Of a DNA stretch of 64,000 nucleotides, positions 55,863 through 64,000 are shown in pieces; position 1 is the first letter of the stretch; the number at the start of each line of letters is the position of its first letter. The stretch comes from Candidatus Cryptobacteroides avistercoris (lineage in GTDB: Bacteria > Bacteroidota > Bacteroidia > Bacteroidales > UBA932), in the NCBI GenBank assembly GCA_017695095.1, contig JADILW010000066.1:56703-120702 (forward strand), read 5' to 3'. Under the pieces are notes generated by a model. The model saw only the letters and a program-made list of their open reading frames with translations. It did not search any database and was not told where the DNA came from. The translations under genes were made by a program, and so were the position numbers.

Positions 55863-56825
55863 TTATTCGGTCTTGCCCGCGAGCAGCTCCGCCAGGTCTA
55901 CAGCCTCCGCGCCGGAGAAGGCCTTCTCCACCGGACATCCGTCCAGAGCCTCGAGTATGTCCTGGCGTTCCAGTCTGACCCCCTTCAGCCTCCGGGACAC
56001 GAATCCGGAGGGCTCGTCGCCGAGGAAGTCTCCGCTGAAGACGAGCTCGCAGATTCTTCCCTTGTCGAGGTTTATTCCGGCCTCCACGGTGCCGCAGGCC
56101 AGCTTTGCCCTGCGACGCAGGCTTATCTCCCTTGAATGTCCGTAGATCCAGTCCCAGCTTGCGAACCTTGTCTCCGCGAGCGTCTTTATGGCGGCGATGT
56201 CGCCGCTTCCGAGCCTGAACTCCGGGTCCTTTCCCGCAAGCAGCCCGTGCAGCGCCTCCCCGAACTCCTGGACCGAGCCGAAGGAGGGGAGGAACTCCTT
56301 CAGGTTGGCGACCCGGCTCCGCACGGAGGCAACGCCCCTGGCTTCGAATTTTGAGCCGCTGACGTTGAGCGCCGAACTGAGAGTGTCGAGGTCGACGTCG
56401 AACATCAGGGTGCCGTGGACGAGCTCCTGTCCACGCCAGACCATGCGTGCGTAGCCGGATATTTTCCTGCCGCCGACGAAGATGTCGTTCCTGCCGCTGG
56501 GCGCGGCGTCGACGCCGAGGCTGCGCAAGGCCGATACTATGGGCTCAGGGCTCACTCCACGGCCGATTATGCTGTAGTTGAGGTTCTGGAGGTCGTGGTA
56601 GACCGCCCCGCCTCCTGTGACCCTGCGCGCGAGCAGTATGCCGTGCTGCCTGAGGAAGTCGAGGTTCACCTCGCCGTAGGCGTTCTGGTTCAGGCCTATG
56701 ATCACCGAGGGCCTGTTGCGCCAGAGGTAGAACAGCGGCCCCTCCGCCCCGAATTTCCGAAGGCAGTATTCGTCGAAGGCCATGTTGAAGTACGGGTCCG
56801 TCGAAGGGTTGGAGAGGAACCTCAT
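55863..56825 (-). CDS. lplA: lipoate--protein ligase
   Basis: 320 aa. Contains NPSTDPYFNMAFDEY, RRVTGGGAVYHD and the GRKISG lysine motif. Confidence 0.85.
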   Translation of the reverse strand: MRFLSNPSTDPYFNMAFDEYCLRKFGAEGPLFYLWRNRPSVIIGLNQNAYGEVNLDFLRQHGILLARRVTGGGAVYHDLQNLNYSIIGRGVSPEPIVSALRSLGVDAAPSGRNDIFVGGRKISGYARMVWRGQELVHGTLMFDVDLDTLSSALNVSGSKFEARGVASVRSRVANLKEFLPSFGSVQEFGEALHGLLAGKDPEFRLGSGDIAAIKTLAETRFASWDWIYGHSREISLRRRAKLACGTVEAGINLDKGRICELVFSGDFLGDEPSGFVSRRLKGVRLERQDILEALDGCPVEKAFSGAEAVDLAELLAGKTE

Positions 56826-56827
56826 TC

Positions 56828-59461
56828 TCAGAAGATGTTTACCGTGCAGTAGATGTAATCAGTGCTGCATACCAGCTCCCCCGGTCCGGAGAAGATCTGC
56901 ACTATATATCTCAGGTTGTGCTGTCCCGGGGCGAGGTGCATTTCCGCATAGGGGATATACAGAGTCAAGTCGTGGTAAGTCGTCCATTCGTACGCCGGGC
57001 GGAACCTGGTTAAAGCCGCAACCTGGCCGTCGCTGGACCGGTATTGTCCGTTTGTGTCGTCAAGTCGCTGACCGGTGGAGAATTCGAAGAAGGCCACGGC
57101 TTCGCAGTCTTTCCCGAGCAGGTTCCACACGTCGAATTCAAGGTGGATTTCCTTGCCGTTGGTGGCGAAGATTCCCGTTCCGCGCAGCGCGTCGTTCTCC
57201 CAAGTCCTCTTGATTTCGCCGTAGACTGCATTTTCGTCCGCCTCCTGGTCTATGTATATCGGCACCGTCATGCCTCCTGCCTTGACCAGAACCCGTCCCG
57301 AACGCTCATGTATGGAGTTGTTGGAGGATATTCTCAAGCTGAACGATCCGTCGGACTGCGAGTAGAGCTCTATCCAGTCGGGCAGTCCGGAGACCTCGAA
57401 GGTCTCCCAGTCGGTCGTGACCTCGTAAGTCCTGGTCTGAGCGGAACATGACACGGTCTCTTTCAGTTCGACTCGGCCGTTCACGTTGAGGTAGGCGGCC
57501 TCTCCGAAGGTCTCCCTCCTGACATTGCCTTCCTCGTCCGTGATTACGAAGTCCCCGAAAGGGCTCCCATCCTTGAAATTGCCTTCAAGCGTCTCTCCGG
57601 ATGCGAGGGTGAACTTGCCGTGGCCGTTGTACCGTTTGTTTTCCAGCATGCCTTCGTACCTGCTTCCGTCGGAGTAGCTCATCCGTACAAGACCGCTGAT
57701 GAAATTGTCGTCCTCGAATATTCCATCGGAGAAGTCGCCGCCAGTCTCTTTCAGAACTCCTCTTCCGTGTTTCAGACTGTTTCTGATTTCCCCCTCGTAT
57801 GTGTTTCCGTTGGCGAAAGTCAATTTGCCCCTGCCGTTCCAGGAGCCGTTTTCGCGCAGCGTATCGACTTGTCCTTCGAAGGTGCTTCCGTCCGCATAGC
57901 TGATTCTCACCTCTCCGGAGATGAACTCTCCGTATAGGAACTGACCTTCATATAAGTCGCCTTCCGGTAATTCCATCCTTCCGTAACCGTGCGGCATGTC
58001 ATTCTCCCACTGTCCGACATAGAGCACCCCGCCGAATGAGGTGCATGCGCCGGTTCCTACCCTGTTCCAGTCCTCGTCCAGTTCGCCGTAATACTTTTTC
58101 CACAGAGAGCTGGTGTCCGCTATGTCCTGATAGCAGTATTCCAAACTACACAATCCTGCGGGGATTCCGTCAACAAGATATCCGGAGAATTTACGGAGCA
58201 AGGTGCTGTCTCTTCTGGTCCCTTCCTGAAACACGTCGTATGATTCGACCTCGAAAGGCCCGTATTTCCTGCCCTTCACCCACAGACCGCTGTATTTCTT
58301 CACCTGATAGTGGAAAGGGGTGCCTATGGCTTTTTCGAAAAGGGACAGCCCGTCTTTGCCCTCCTCAACGAATGCTTCTCCATATCCGTGCATGAGCCCG
58401 AATTCATCCACGGGCCCTGAATAGGAGAAGTCGTCGCGGATGAATTCGGTGTTGCTTGTCTCGTGGGTCAGAGCTCCCGCCTCGGCGAACAATGACTCCA
58501 CTTCGGCGGAATATGAGCTGTGGCCGGCTGTCCGGCGGTACAGACTTCTTGCAGCGTCCGTCTGCCCGACGTCCAGGAGCGAGTCCACCTGGTCGAAGAT
58601 TTCCATCGAGACGGAGTCGGCCGGTATGCTGCGGGTCATGTAAAAGATATAGGGTATCCCGGAATACGAGAGCGTGCGGGCGAGTTCGCCGGCCGCCGCC
58701 GGCGCAGAATCTCCGTAGAATTTGTCGAAGGCCCGGGCTATCGTTCTGGAAATCTTCTTCGCGTCGCCCATGTCTTCGAGGGAGTTGTACTTGAAGGGAG
58801 TCAGTGCGTTGCCGTTGAAGTCCACCAGACCCCATTTCCCGTTCTTCTCAAGCGCGACGGCGGCGATGTCAGGGTCGGTTCCGCTGAAGTACATTCCGCC
58901 GTAGTCGTCGTATTCATACGGAATCAGGTTCATCCCGTAGGAGCAGATTCCGAGCTTGCCGTTGAACCTGACGGACAGCAGGTGGTACCGCGGCAGCTTA
59001 TCCTCGACCACGTGGGCGGGGGTGATATAGTTTCCGCCGGGCTCGATATCCGGATTCCGCAGTCCGATCATCGACATGGTCTGGTCGGGGACCTCGCCGT
59101 TGAAATTCACGGGCCATGAGAAGAATTTGATCGAGTCCAGGCCGGTGGAAACCGAACTGCCGTCGCGGAAGGGGTCGTTGAGAGTGGTCACGGTATGGGG
59201 CACGATGACGGTCCGGATCTTCGACGATGCCAGAGAACCCGCCCCGAGCGAGGTCACTACATATAGTTTCCCGTCTTCCCGGATTCCGGCCGGAATTACG
59301 AGGTCTCCGGAATAATCACCTGGCTGGAGCTCGAGTTCGCTTGCTCCGACTGGCTTGAAATTCATGGTGTTTCCGTAGATCTGATATGAAATCTGGGCCG
59401 GCAGTGGCGCCGGGCACAGCAGGAACAATGCCGCCAGGGCTGCTGTTGCGGGAATTTTCAT
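56828..59461 (-). CDS. large secreted multi-repeat protein (BspA-type LRR, WG/KWG repeat, MORN repeats, BACON-like domain)
   Basis: 877 aa with a signal peptide. Contains KNGKWGLVDFNGNALTPFKY (WG repeat), several YEGQ/YEGE...G.G units (MORN), and a BACON-like segment YEVTTDWETFEVSGLPDWIELYSQSDGSFSLRISSN. The start overlaps the stop of the upstream gene (ATGA). Confidence 0.7.
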   Translation of the reverse strand: MKIPATAALAALFLLCPAPLPAQISYQIYGNTMNFKPVGASELELQPGDYSGDLVIPAGIREDGKLYVVTSLGAGSLASSKIRTVIVPHTVTTLNDPFRDGSSVSTGLDSIKFFSWPVNFNGEVPDQTMSMIGLRNPDIEPGGNYITPAHVVEDKLPRYHLLSVRFNGKLGICSYGMNLIPYEYDDYGGMYFSGTDPDIAAVALEKNGKWGLVDFNGNALTPFKYNSLEDMGDAKKISRTIARAFDKFYGDSAPAAAGELARTLSYSGIPYIFYMTRSIPADSVSMEIFDQVDSLLDVGQTDAARSLYRRTAGHSSYSAEVESLFAEAGALTHETSNTEFIRDDFSYSGPVDEFGLMHGYGEAFVEEGKDGLSLFEKAIGTPFHYQVKKYSGLWVKGRKYGPFEVESYDVFQEGTRRDSTLLRKFSGYLVDGIPAGLCSLEYCYQDIADTSSLWKKYYGELDEDWNRVGTGACTSFGGVLYVGQWENDMPHGYGRMELPEGDLYEGQFLYGEFISGEVRISYADGSTFEGQVDTLRENGSWNGRGKLTFANGNTYEGEIRNSLKHGRGVLKETGGDFSDGIFEDDNFISGLVRMSYSDGSRYEGMLENKRYNGHGKFTLASGETLEGNFKDGSPFGDFVITDEEGNVRRETFGEAAYLNVNGRVELKETVSCSAQTRTYEVTTDWETFEVSGLPDWIELYSQSDGSFSLRISSNNSIHERSGRVLVKAGGMTVPIYIDQEADENAVYGEIKRTWENDALRGTGIFATNGKEIHLEFDVWNLLGKDCEAVAFFEFSTGQRLDDTNGQYRSSDGQVAALTRFRPAYEWTTYHDLTLYIPYAEMHLAPGQHNLRYIVQIFSGPGELVCSTDYIYCTVNIF

Positions 59462-61386
59462 GAATCCTTGAGTTTTGCGATGAGTTCCATGTACTCTCCG
59501 GTGTCCTTCTTCAGGCGTGACAGGGATGCGTCGTCTTCAAGCGTGCCGAATACGGCCCTGAATTCTCCGGCGTTGCGGCAGGTGGCGGTCCTGAAAGGGT
59601 TGGCGAAGTCCTTGGCGCGGCTTTGCACGGCCCTTTCGAGCATGAGCTCCAGAATGTTGCGCTCTTTGTCCAGCAGTTCCGCAACGGACGTCGTGCCGGA
59701 GCCGGGCCCCGTCAGGCCGAAGGCGTGCTCCAGCCTGAGCTGCGGGTATTCCGCCCAGAGTGCGTCCAGTCGCCGGTGGATGTCGTCCCAATCGTTCAGC
59801 CTGCCTTCGCGTATGTCTTCGCGCAGTGCGTCGGCGTCGGCCTCCCTGAGAGGCTGGCCTCCGAAGTTGATCCATCTTCCGAGTGAGGCTTCCACGGCTT
59901 CCGGCAATTGCCCGGTCTCCTTGAAGCGCTCCAGCAGGCATTTTGCGGCGTAGTGGAGAAGCATCTGTCCGTAGGCCTCCCGGGCCCTGCCGGCCTTGAG
60001 TATCGCGACCGGCCGCGAGCTCTTCTCGACCTCTCCGCCGGTCAGCACGATCTCCTCGGGGAAGGCGTCTCCGGGCTTCCAGCCGCAGTATTTCTCCGCC
60101 CAGGCTTCGAGCAGCCGGCGTGCGTCGGCGACCTCCTGCATGCAGTCGGGGGCGAAGATGTCGAATTCTATGTGCTGGCTTCTGTCCCTGCGGCGGTCGC
60201 GGCTGCGGTATTTCGTGCTGTTGCGGGCGAGCGCGTACATGTTGTACAGCCAGGCGAACGCGGGAATTATCTCCAGGCGCCCTTCATGCTCGTTGTTGGC
60301 GACGAGGCAGAAGGGGAACGGTATCGAGAGTTCCGCCGGGTAGGCGCCCTTGGCGAGCATGGTGTGGCAGGCGAAGACGGAGGAATGTTTCAGCGACACG
60401 CAGAGTCCGGGCCAGAAGCCGCGCCCCGCGACGATTTCGCCGTCGGCGGTCCTGCCGTTGTGGTTGGAGCCCACCGTCGCCCCGGCGGCTATGTTGCTCT
60501 GTCCGCCCACGCAGGCGGCTATGAGGAAGGAGTTGTTGTGGTGCTGCTCATGGGCGGGGAAGATCAGGTTGCACACCAGCTCGCAGCAGGAGACCGTGCT
60601 GTTGTCGCCGAGCACCGAGTTGAAGAAGCGCACGCCTCCGGAGAGGGTGCAGCCGGCCCCGGTCGCGAAGTTTTCGGCGATGCAGCCTCCGCTTATGCGG
60701 TTGCCGGGGCCGACGATGCCGTTGCGGAGCACGCAGCTGCCGTCGATGTGCACCGGCTCCACGGCTGTCGAGCACACGCAGACGCTGTCGATGCTGACGG
60801 CGCAGTCTATGGTGCATGCCGGGCCGCACTGCAGCCTTTCTATGCGGGGGACGTTGGTGATTGCGCAGCCTGCGGCTATTTCCGGCCTGAGCCCGCGTGC
60901 CTTCGAGAAGGTTTCCAGTCTCTGCTGCATCCCGCAGTCTTCGGGCCAGGCGGCCATCAGGAATGCGTCAGAGCAGCGCATGCCCGGGAAGGAGTGTACG
61001 CGGCGGGAGCCGTTTTCGTTCATGACCTCTATCACGGGGGCGCTGAATCCGCCTTCTGCGGTCATCTGCCCTATATTGAAGAGCAGACAGTCATTTCCGA
61101 TTCCGTAGCCGGAGAGGAAACGGACGTCGTGGATGGCGCAGCCGTCGGCTATGGTGCAGGAGCGGATGCGCGAGTTGCTGATTCCGACAGGGAGTTCGAG
61201 CCCTCCGGCCTTTCTCAGGCCTGTGGCGCCCAGCGCTATCCGGCATTCTCCTGAAAAATGGGAGCGGGATACCAGCGTGGCGTCGAAGTTTCCGGCAACC
61301 AGGATGTCGTCCCAATTGTCGGCGGTGTTGCCGCGCTCCGCCAGGGTCCGGATTTCAGATTCCGTGAGCTTTCTCCATTCCGACAT
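59458..61386 (-). CDS. DUF4954-like protein with left-handed beta-helix (hexapeptide-like) core
   Basis: 642 aa. N-terminus MSEWRKLTESEIRTLAERGNTADNWDDILV and repeated short I/V/L-G-x-x-C/N turns. The family name is from memory and was not verified. Confidence 0.6.
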   Translation of the reverse strand: MSEWRKLTESEIRTLAERGNTADNWDDILVAGNFDATLVSRSHFSGECRIALGATGLRKAGGLELPVGISNSRIRSCTIADGCAIHDVRFLSGYGIGNDCLLFNIGQMTAEGGFSAPVIEVMNENGSRRVHSFPGMRCSDAFLMAAWPEDCGMQQRLETFSKARGLRPEIAAGCAITNVPRIERLQCGPACTIDCAVSIDSVCVCSTAVEPVHIDGSCVLRNGIVGPGNRISGGCIAENFATGAGCTLSGGVRFFNSVLGDNSTVSCCELVCNLIFPAHEQHHNNSFLIAACVGGQSNIAAGATVGSNHNGRTADGEIVAGRGFWPGLCVSLKHSSVFACHTMLAKGAYPAELSIPFPFCLVANNEHEGRLEIIPAFAWLYNMYALARNSTKYRSRDRRRDRSQHIEFDIFAPDCMQEVADARRLLEAWAEKYCGWKPGDAFPEEIVLTGGEVEKSSRPVAILKAGRAREAYGQMLLHYAAKCLLERFKETGQLPEAVEASLGRWINFGGQPLREADADALREDIREGRLNDWDDIHRRLDALWAEYPQLRLEHAFGLTGPGSGTTSVAELLDKERNILELMLERAVQSRAKDFANPFRTATCRNAGEFRAVFGTLEDDASLSRLKKDTGEYMELIAKLKDS

Positions 61387-61408
61387 ATCCGTAAGTTTCT
61401 TGCAATCT

Positions 61409-61416
61409 CAAAATTA
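61409..61416 (-). promoter_or_regulatory. -7 box TAATTTTG upstream of the DUF4954 gene
   Basis: Reverse complement of CAAAATTA, 23 nt upstream of the ATG at 61386. Confidence 0.4.
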
Positions 61417-61448
61417 CCTTATAAAATCCATATCTGCAATAACGCAGA

Positions 61449-61476
61449 ACAGGTCCCGCTTCTCAGCGGGGCCTGT
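61449..61476 (-). terminator. hairpin ACAGGCCCCGC/GCGGGACCTGT after the PPIase gene
   Basis: 11 bp GC-rich stem about 75 nt downstream of the PPIase stop, followed on the minus strand by TCTGCGTTATTG (a weak T-tract). Confidence 0.5.
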
Positions 61477-61549
61477 CGGCAATTCTAACCTAAAATTAAA
61501 CCTATGAAAAAACTATTCGAGTGCTAAGATATGAAACTTATATTTGATT

Positions 61550-62239
61550 TCAAAGCTCTTCGTCAAGTTTTACGGTAATAATTTTCACGTCCTGCAGAGG
61601 GCAGTCCCTTGCGTCGGTCTGTACCGCCGCGATCGCGTCGATCACGTCGAAGCCTTCGACGGTCTCGCCGAAGACGGTGTAATCGCCGTCAAGGGCGGCG
61701 CAGGCAGCGGCGTCCTGCACGATGTAGAACTGGGAGCCTGAGGACTCCTTGAGGGGATTGGCGGCATCACCGCGGCGGGCTGCGGCGAGAGCGCCCTTCT
61801 TGTGGGTGTGCTCGGGCACGAACTCGGCGGGAACGGTGTAGTCAGGGCCTCCGGTGCCGAACTTGGCCTTGTTGGCCGGATCCTTGGAGAGGGGGTCGCC
61901 GCCCTGGATCATGAAGCCGTTGATGACCCTGTGGAAAAGGGTTCCGTCGTAGTACTTCTCGAGGGCCAGCTTCGCGAAGTTCTCGCGGTGCCTGGGGGTG
62001 TCGGAATAGAGCTTCACCTTGATCACGCCCATGCTGGTGATGATGTCGAATACCGGTTCTGCCGGAAGAGTTGCGATTTTTTCCATAACCTGCTTTTCAA
62101 GTTGTGCGGCGGCGACGGAGTCTGCGGCAGCCTGTTCCGCAGCCTGCTGTTCCTGTGCTTTCCTGGAGCTGTTGCCACAGCTGCACAGCAGCGCCGCGGC
62201 GCCGATGAAACAAAGGCTGAAAGTGATTAATTTTCTCAT
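61550..62239 (-). CDS. cyclophilin-type peptidyl-prolyl isomerase lipoprotein
   Basis: 229 aa. Lipobox LLCSCG, then FHRVINGFMIQGGDP and GSQFYI motifs. Confidence 0.9.
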   Translation of the reverse strand: MRKLITFSLCFIGAAALLCSCGNSSRKAQEQQAAEQAAADSVAAAQLEKQVMEKIATLPAEPVFDIITSMGVIKVKLYSDTPRHRENFAKLALEKYYDGTLFHRVINGFMIQGGDPLSKDPANKAKFGTGGPDYTVPAEFVPEHTHKKGALAAARRGDAANPLKESSGSQFYIVQDAAACAALDGDYTVFGETVEGFDVIDAIAAVQTDARDCPLQDVKIITVKLDEEL

Positions 62240-63702
62240 GTCGTTTTATGTTTTAAGATGAATTTCCTTGCTACGGGCAGGCAGTAGGCGGCGAGCAGCA
62301 GGGTGTTGACCGCGAGCGTGGCCGCCGTCGGGAGTTCTCTGCCGATGAGTTGCGGCAGGAAGGCCGAGAGGATCAGCAGGCCCAGTGCGAGTCCGGCATA
62401 CAGCATTATGGTTTTCCAGTCGTAGGGCACGGGGTAGCGTTTCCTGCCGAGAAGGAAGCTCAGCAGCATGGCTGTGCCGTAGCCCGCGAACCCGCCCCAG
62501 GCGCAGGCCCAGTAGCCGATTTCCGGAACCAGCAGCACGTTGAAAGCTATCATCACGGCGGCTCCGACGGCGCTGATTATGGCTCCCCACCAGGTCTGGT
62601 CGGTGAGCTTGTACCAGAACGAGAGGTTGAAGTAGACGCCCATGAAGATTTCGGCCATCATGACCACCGGCACCACCTTGAGTCCTGACCAGTAGTCCTG
62701 GCCCACGAGATACTTGAGCAGCGGCATGTAGAACATCACCGCCAGGAAGGCCAGGAGGGAGAAGACCACGAAGTACTTCATTCCGTCGGCCAGGGTCTCC
62801 GGACTGTTGCGGTCTTTCGCCGAGCCGAACACGATGGGTTCGTAGGCATAGCGGAAGGCCTGGGTGAGCAGGGAGATGATCATGGCTATCTTGACGCAGG
62901 CGCCGTAGATTCCAAGCTGCCGCATGCCTTCCTCGCCGGGCATCAGCCAGGGGAAGAGCATCTTGTCGGCCACCTGGTTGAGGATTCCGACCAGGCTGAG
63001 CAGCAGCAGCGGCCATGAATATGAAAGCATGCGGCGGGCGAGCCCTCTGTCGAAGCCGTAGCTAAGACCCTTCAGTTCCGGGATGAAGGCGGCCGTCACT
63101 GCTGCGGTGCATATCAGGTTCGCGAAGAAGATCAGCCCCACGCCGTCGTTGAAACGGTGGAATACGCCCTCGCAGGCGGGAATCCTGTCCATCACCAGGA
63201 AGATGAAAAGGTTGAGCAGTATGCTCGGGATGATGTAGGCGAACTTCAGCAGCATGAAGCGCACGGGCCGGTGCTGCTGCCTGAGACGGCTGAACATTAT
63301 GGCCTGTATCGCGTCGAACGCGGTTATCACCGCGAAGCAGAGCACATACTCGGGATGGTCAGCGTAACCCATGGCCCCGCTCACCGGCTGCAGGAACACC
63401 GCGACCAGCGCCACGAAGACCAGCGCCACGCCGCCTACCATCCTCAGCGCGTTGCTGTAGACCATCTTCCCGTCCTCCCCCTCCTTCGAGGCGAAGCGGA
63501 AGAGGGTGGTTTCCATTCCGAAAGTCAGCAGCGCAAGGAAGAAGGCCGCGTATGCGTAGAGGTTGGTGACGATGCCGTAGCCTCCGCTCTCCGCCGTGAT
63601 CTTCCAGGTATAGAGCGGCACCAGCAGGTAGTTCAGAAAACGCCCCACTATGCTGCTCAGCCCGTAGATGGCCGTGTCCTTGGCGAGTGACTTGAGATTC
63701 AT
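62236..63702 (-). CDS. oligosaccharide/polysaccharide flippase family (Wzx/MOP-like) membrane protein
   Basis: 488 aa with about 12-14 TM segments. N-terminal LAKDTAIYGLSSIVGRFLNYLLVPLYT is typical of Bacteroidota polysaccharide-biosynthesis (MOP) proteins. Confidence 0.75.
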   Translation of the reverse strand: MNLKSLAKDTAIYGLSSIVGRFLNYLLVPLYTWKITAESGGYGIVTNLYAYAAFFLALLTFGMETTLFRFASKEGEDGKMVYSNALRMVGGVALVFVALVAVFLQPVSGAMGYADHPEYVLCFAVITAFDAIQAIMFSRLRQQHRPVRFMLLKFAYIIPSILLNLFIFLVMDRIPACEGVFHRFNDGVGLIFFANLICTAAVTAAFIPELKGLSYGFDRGLARRMLSYSWPLLLLSLVGILNQVADKMLFPWLMPGEEGMRQLGIYGACVKIAMIISLLTQAFRYAYEPIVFGSAKDRNSPETLADGMKYFVVFSLLAFLAVMFYMPLLKYLVGQDYWSGLKVVPVVMMAEIFMGVYFNLSFWYKLTDQTWWGAIISAVGAAVMIAFNVLLVPEIGYWACAWGGFAGYGTAMLLSFLLGRKRYPVPYDWKTIMLYAGLALGLLILSAFLPQLIGRELPTAATLAVNTLLLAAYCLPVARKFILKHKTT

Positions 63703-63707
63703 TTGCG

Positions 63708-64000
63708 TCAGTTCTTGACCGGTGCCGCGGGAGTGCCGGGCAGAGGCTCCCAGTTCTCGAGTTCATCGAGCAGGACCTCGACCGCCTTCTCTATCTGGGC
63801 GTCCTTGCCGAGGTAGTCTTCGAAGGGGTTGATGTCGACTTCGATGTCGGGGTCGACGCCGTGGCCTTCGATTATCCACTCACCGTCGGTGGAGTACGAG
63901 GTGAAGAAGGGAGTGCGCATGTCCTGTCCGTCCACGAAGGGCTTGGAGCCGGAGATGCCCACTATACCGCCCCAGGACCGCATTCCTATAAGCTTGCCGA
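63708..64000 (-). CDS. S41 (tricorn-like) peptidase, C-terminal ~97 codons (5' part beyond the window end)
   Basis: The frame stays open to position 64000 (...GKLIGMRSWGGIVGISG...). The C-terminus has the tricorn-homolog style DGEWIIEGHGVDPDIEV. Confidence 0.7.
   Translation of the reverse strand, partial: GKLIGMRSWGGIVGISGSKPFVDGQDMRTPFFTSYSTDGEWIIEGHGVDPDIEVDINPFEDYLGKDAQIEKAVEVLLDELENWEPLPGTPAAPVKN

Noticed and set aside
61505-61528. Mini-ORF ATGAAAAAACTATTCGAGTGCTAA (7 codons) in the PPIase-DUF4954 spacer.
   Set aside because: It is too short to evaluate, is on the strand opposite to both flanking genes, and has no supporting signal.

Overview
This is a visibly GC-rich chromosomal segment (judged by eye, not computed). 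It looks like core genome of a Bacteroidales-type bacterium. Supporting signs: Bacteroidota -7 promoter boxes (TAnnTTTG) in front of many genes, A-rich leaders without Shine-Dalgarno sequences, DUF3109/DUF4954/BACON/FrdC-type genes, and a sigma-54 activator-LptE-SecG cluster.

I call about 60 protein genes and 3 tRNAs (Gly-GCC, Met-or-Ile2-CAT, Leu-TAA). I see no rRNA, no CRISPR array, and no integrase, transposase or phage genes.

Content is overwhelmingly housekeeping:
- pheS; yhhQ-queF; clpB; secG
- rpsL-rpsG-fusA-rpsJ
- comF-fabG-pepP
- mreBCD-mrdA-rodA
- ispD; topA; PBP1A-ddl-prmC; hemW; dusB; lpxK; frr-pyrH
- rplM-rpsI-rpsB-tsf; lplA
- many peptidases (C69, S9, two M24, U32, M16-like, C10, S41)

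I did not find a convincing new multi-gene system, and I say so plainly. The leads worth a second look are:
1. A class-I-preQ1-riboswitch-like pseudoknot directly in front of yhhQ-queF.
2. A family of long palindromic intergenic repeats. There are three copies in both orientations, all between convergent genes, and two are paired with a second hairpin module downstream of tRNA genes.
3. A roughly 2 kb AT-rich islet carrying a C10 (streptopain-like) lipoprotein protease and an overlapping lipoprotein gene, bounded by one of those repeats.
4. A ClpB that lacks the N-terminal domain, preceded by two hairpins.
5. An orphan FrdC/SdhC cytochrome b gene without flavoprotein or Fe-S partners.
6. An S10 ribosomal operon that stops after rpsJ at a tRNA plus repeat junction.

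All functional calls rest on my reading of the translated ORFs and remembered family motifs. No database search was run.
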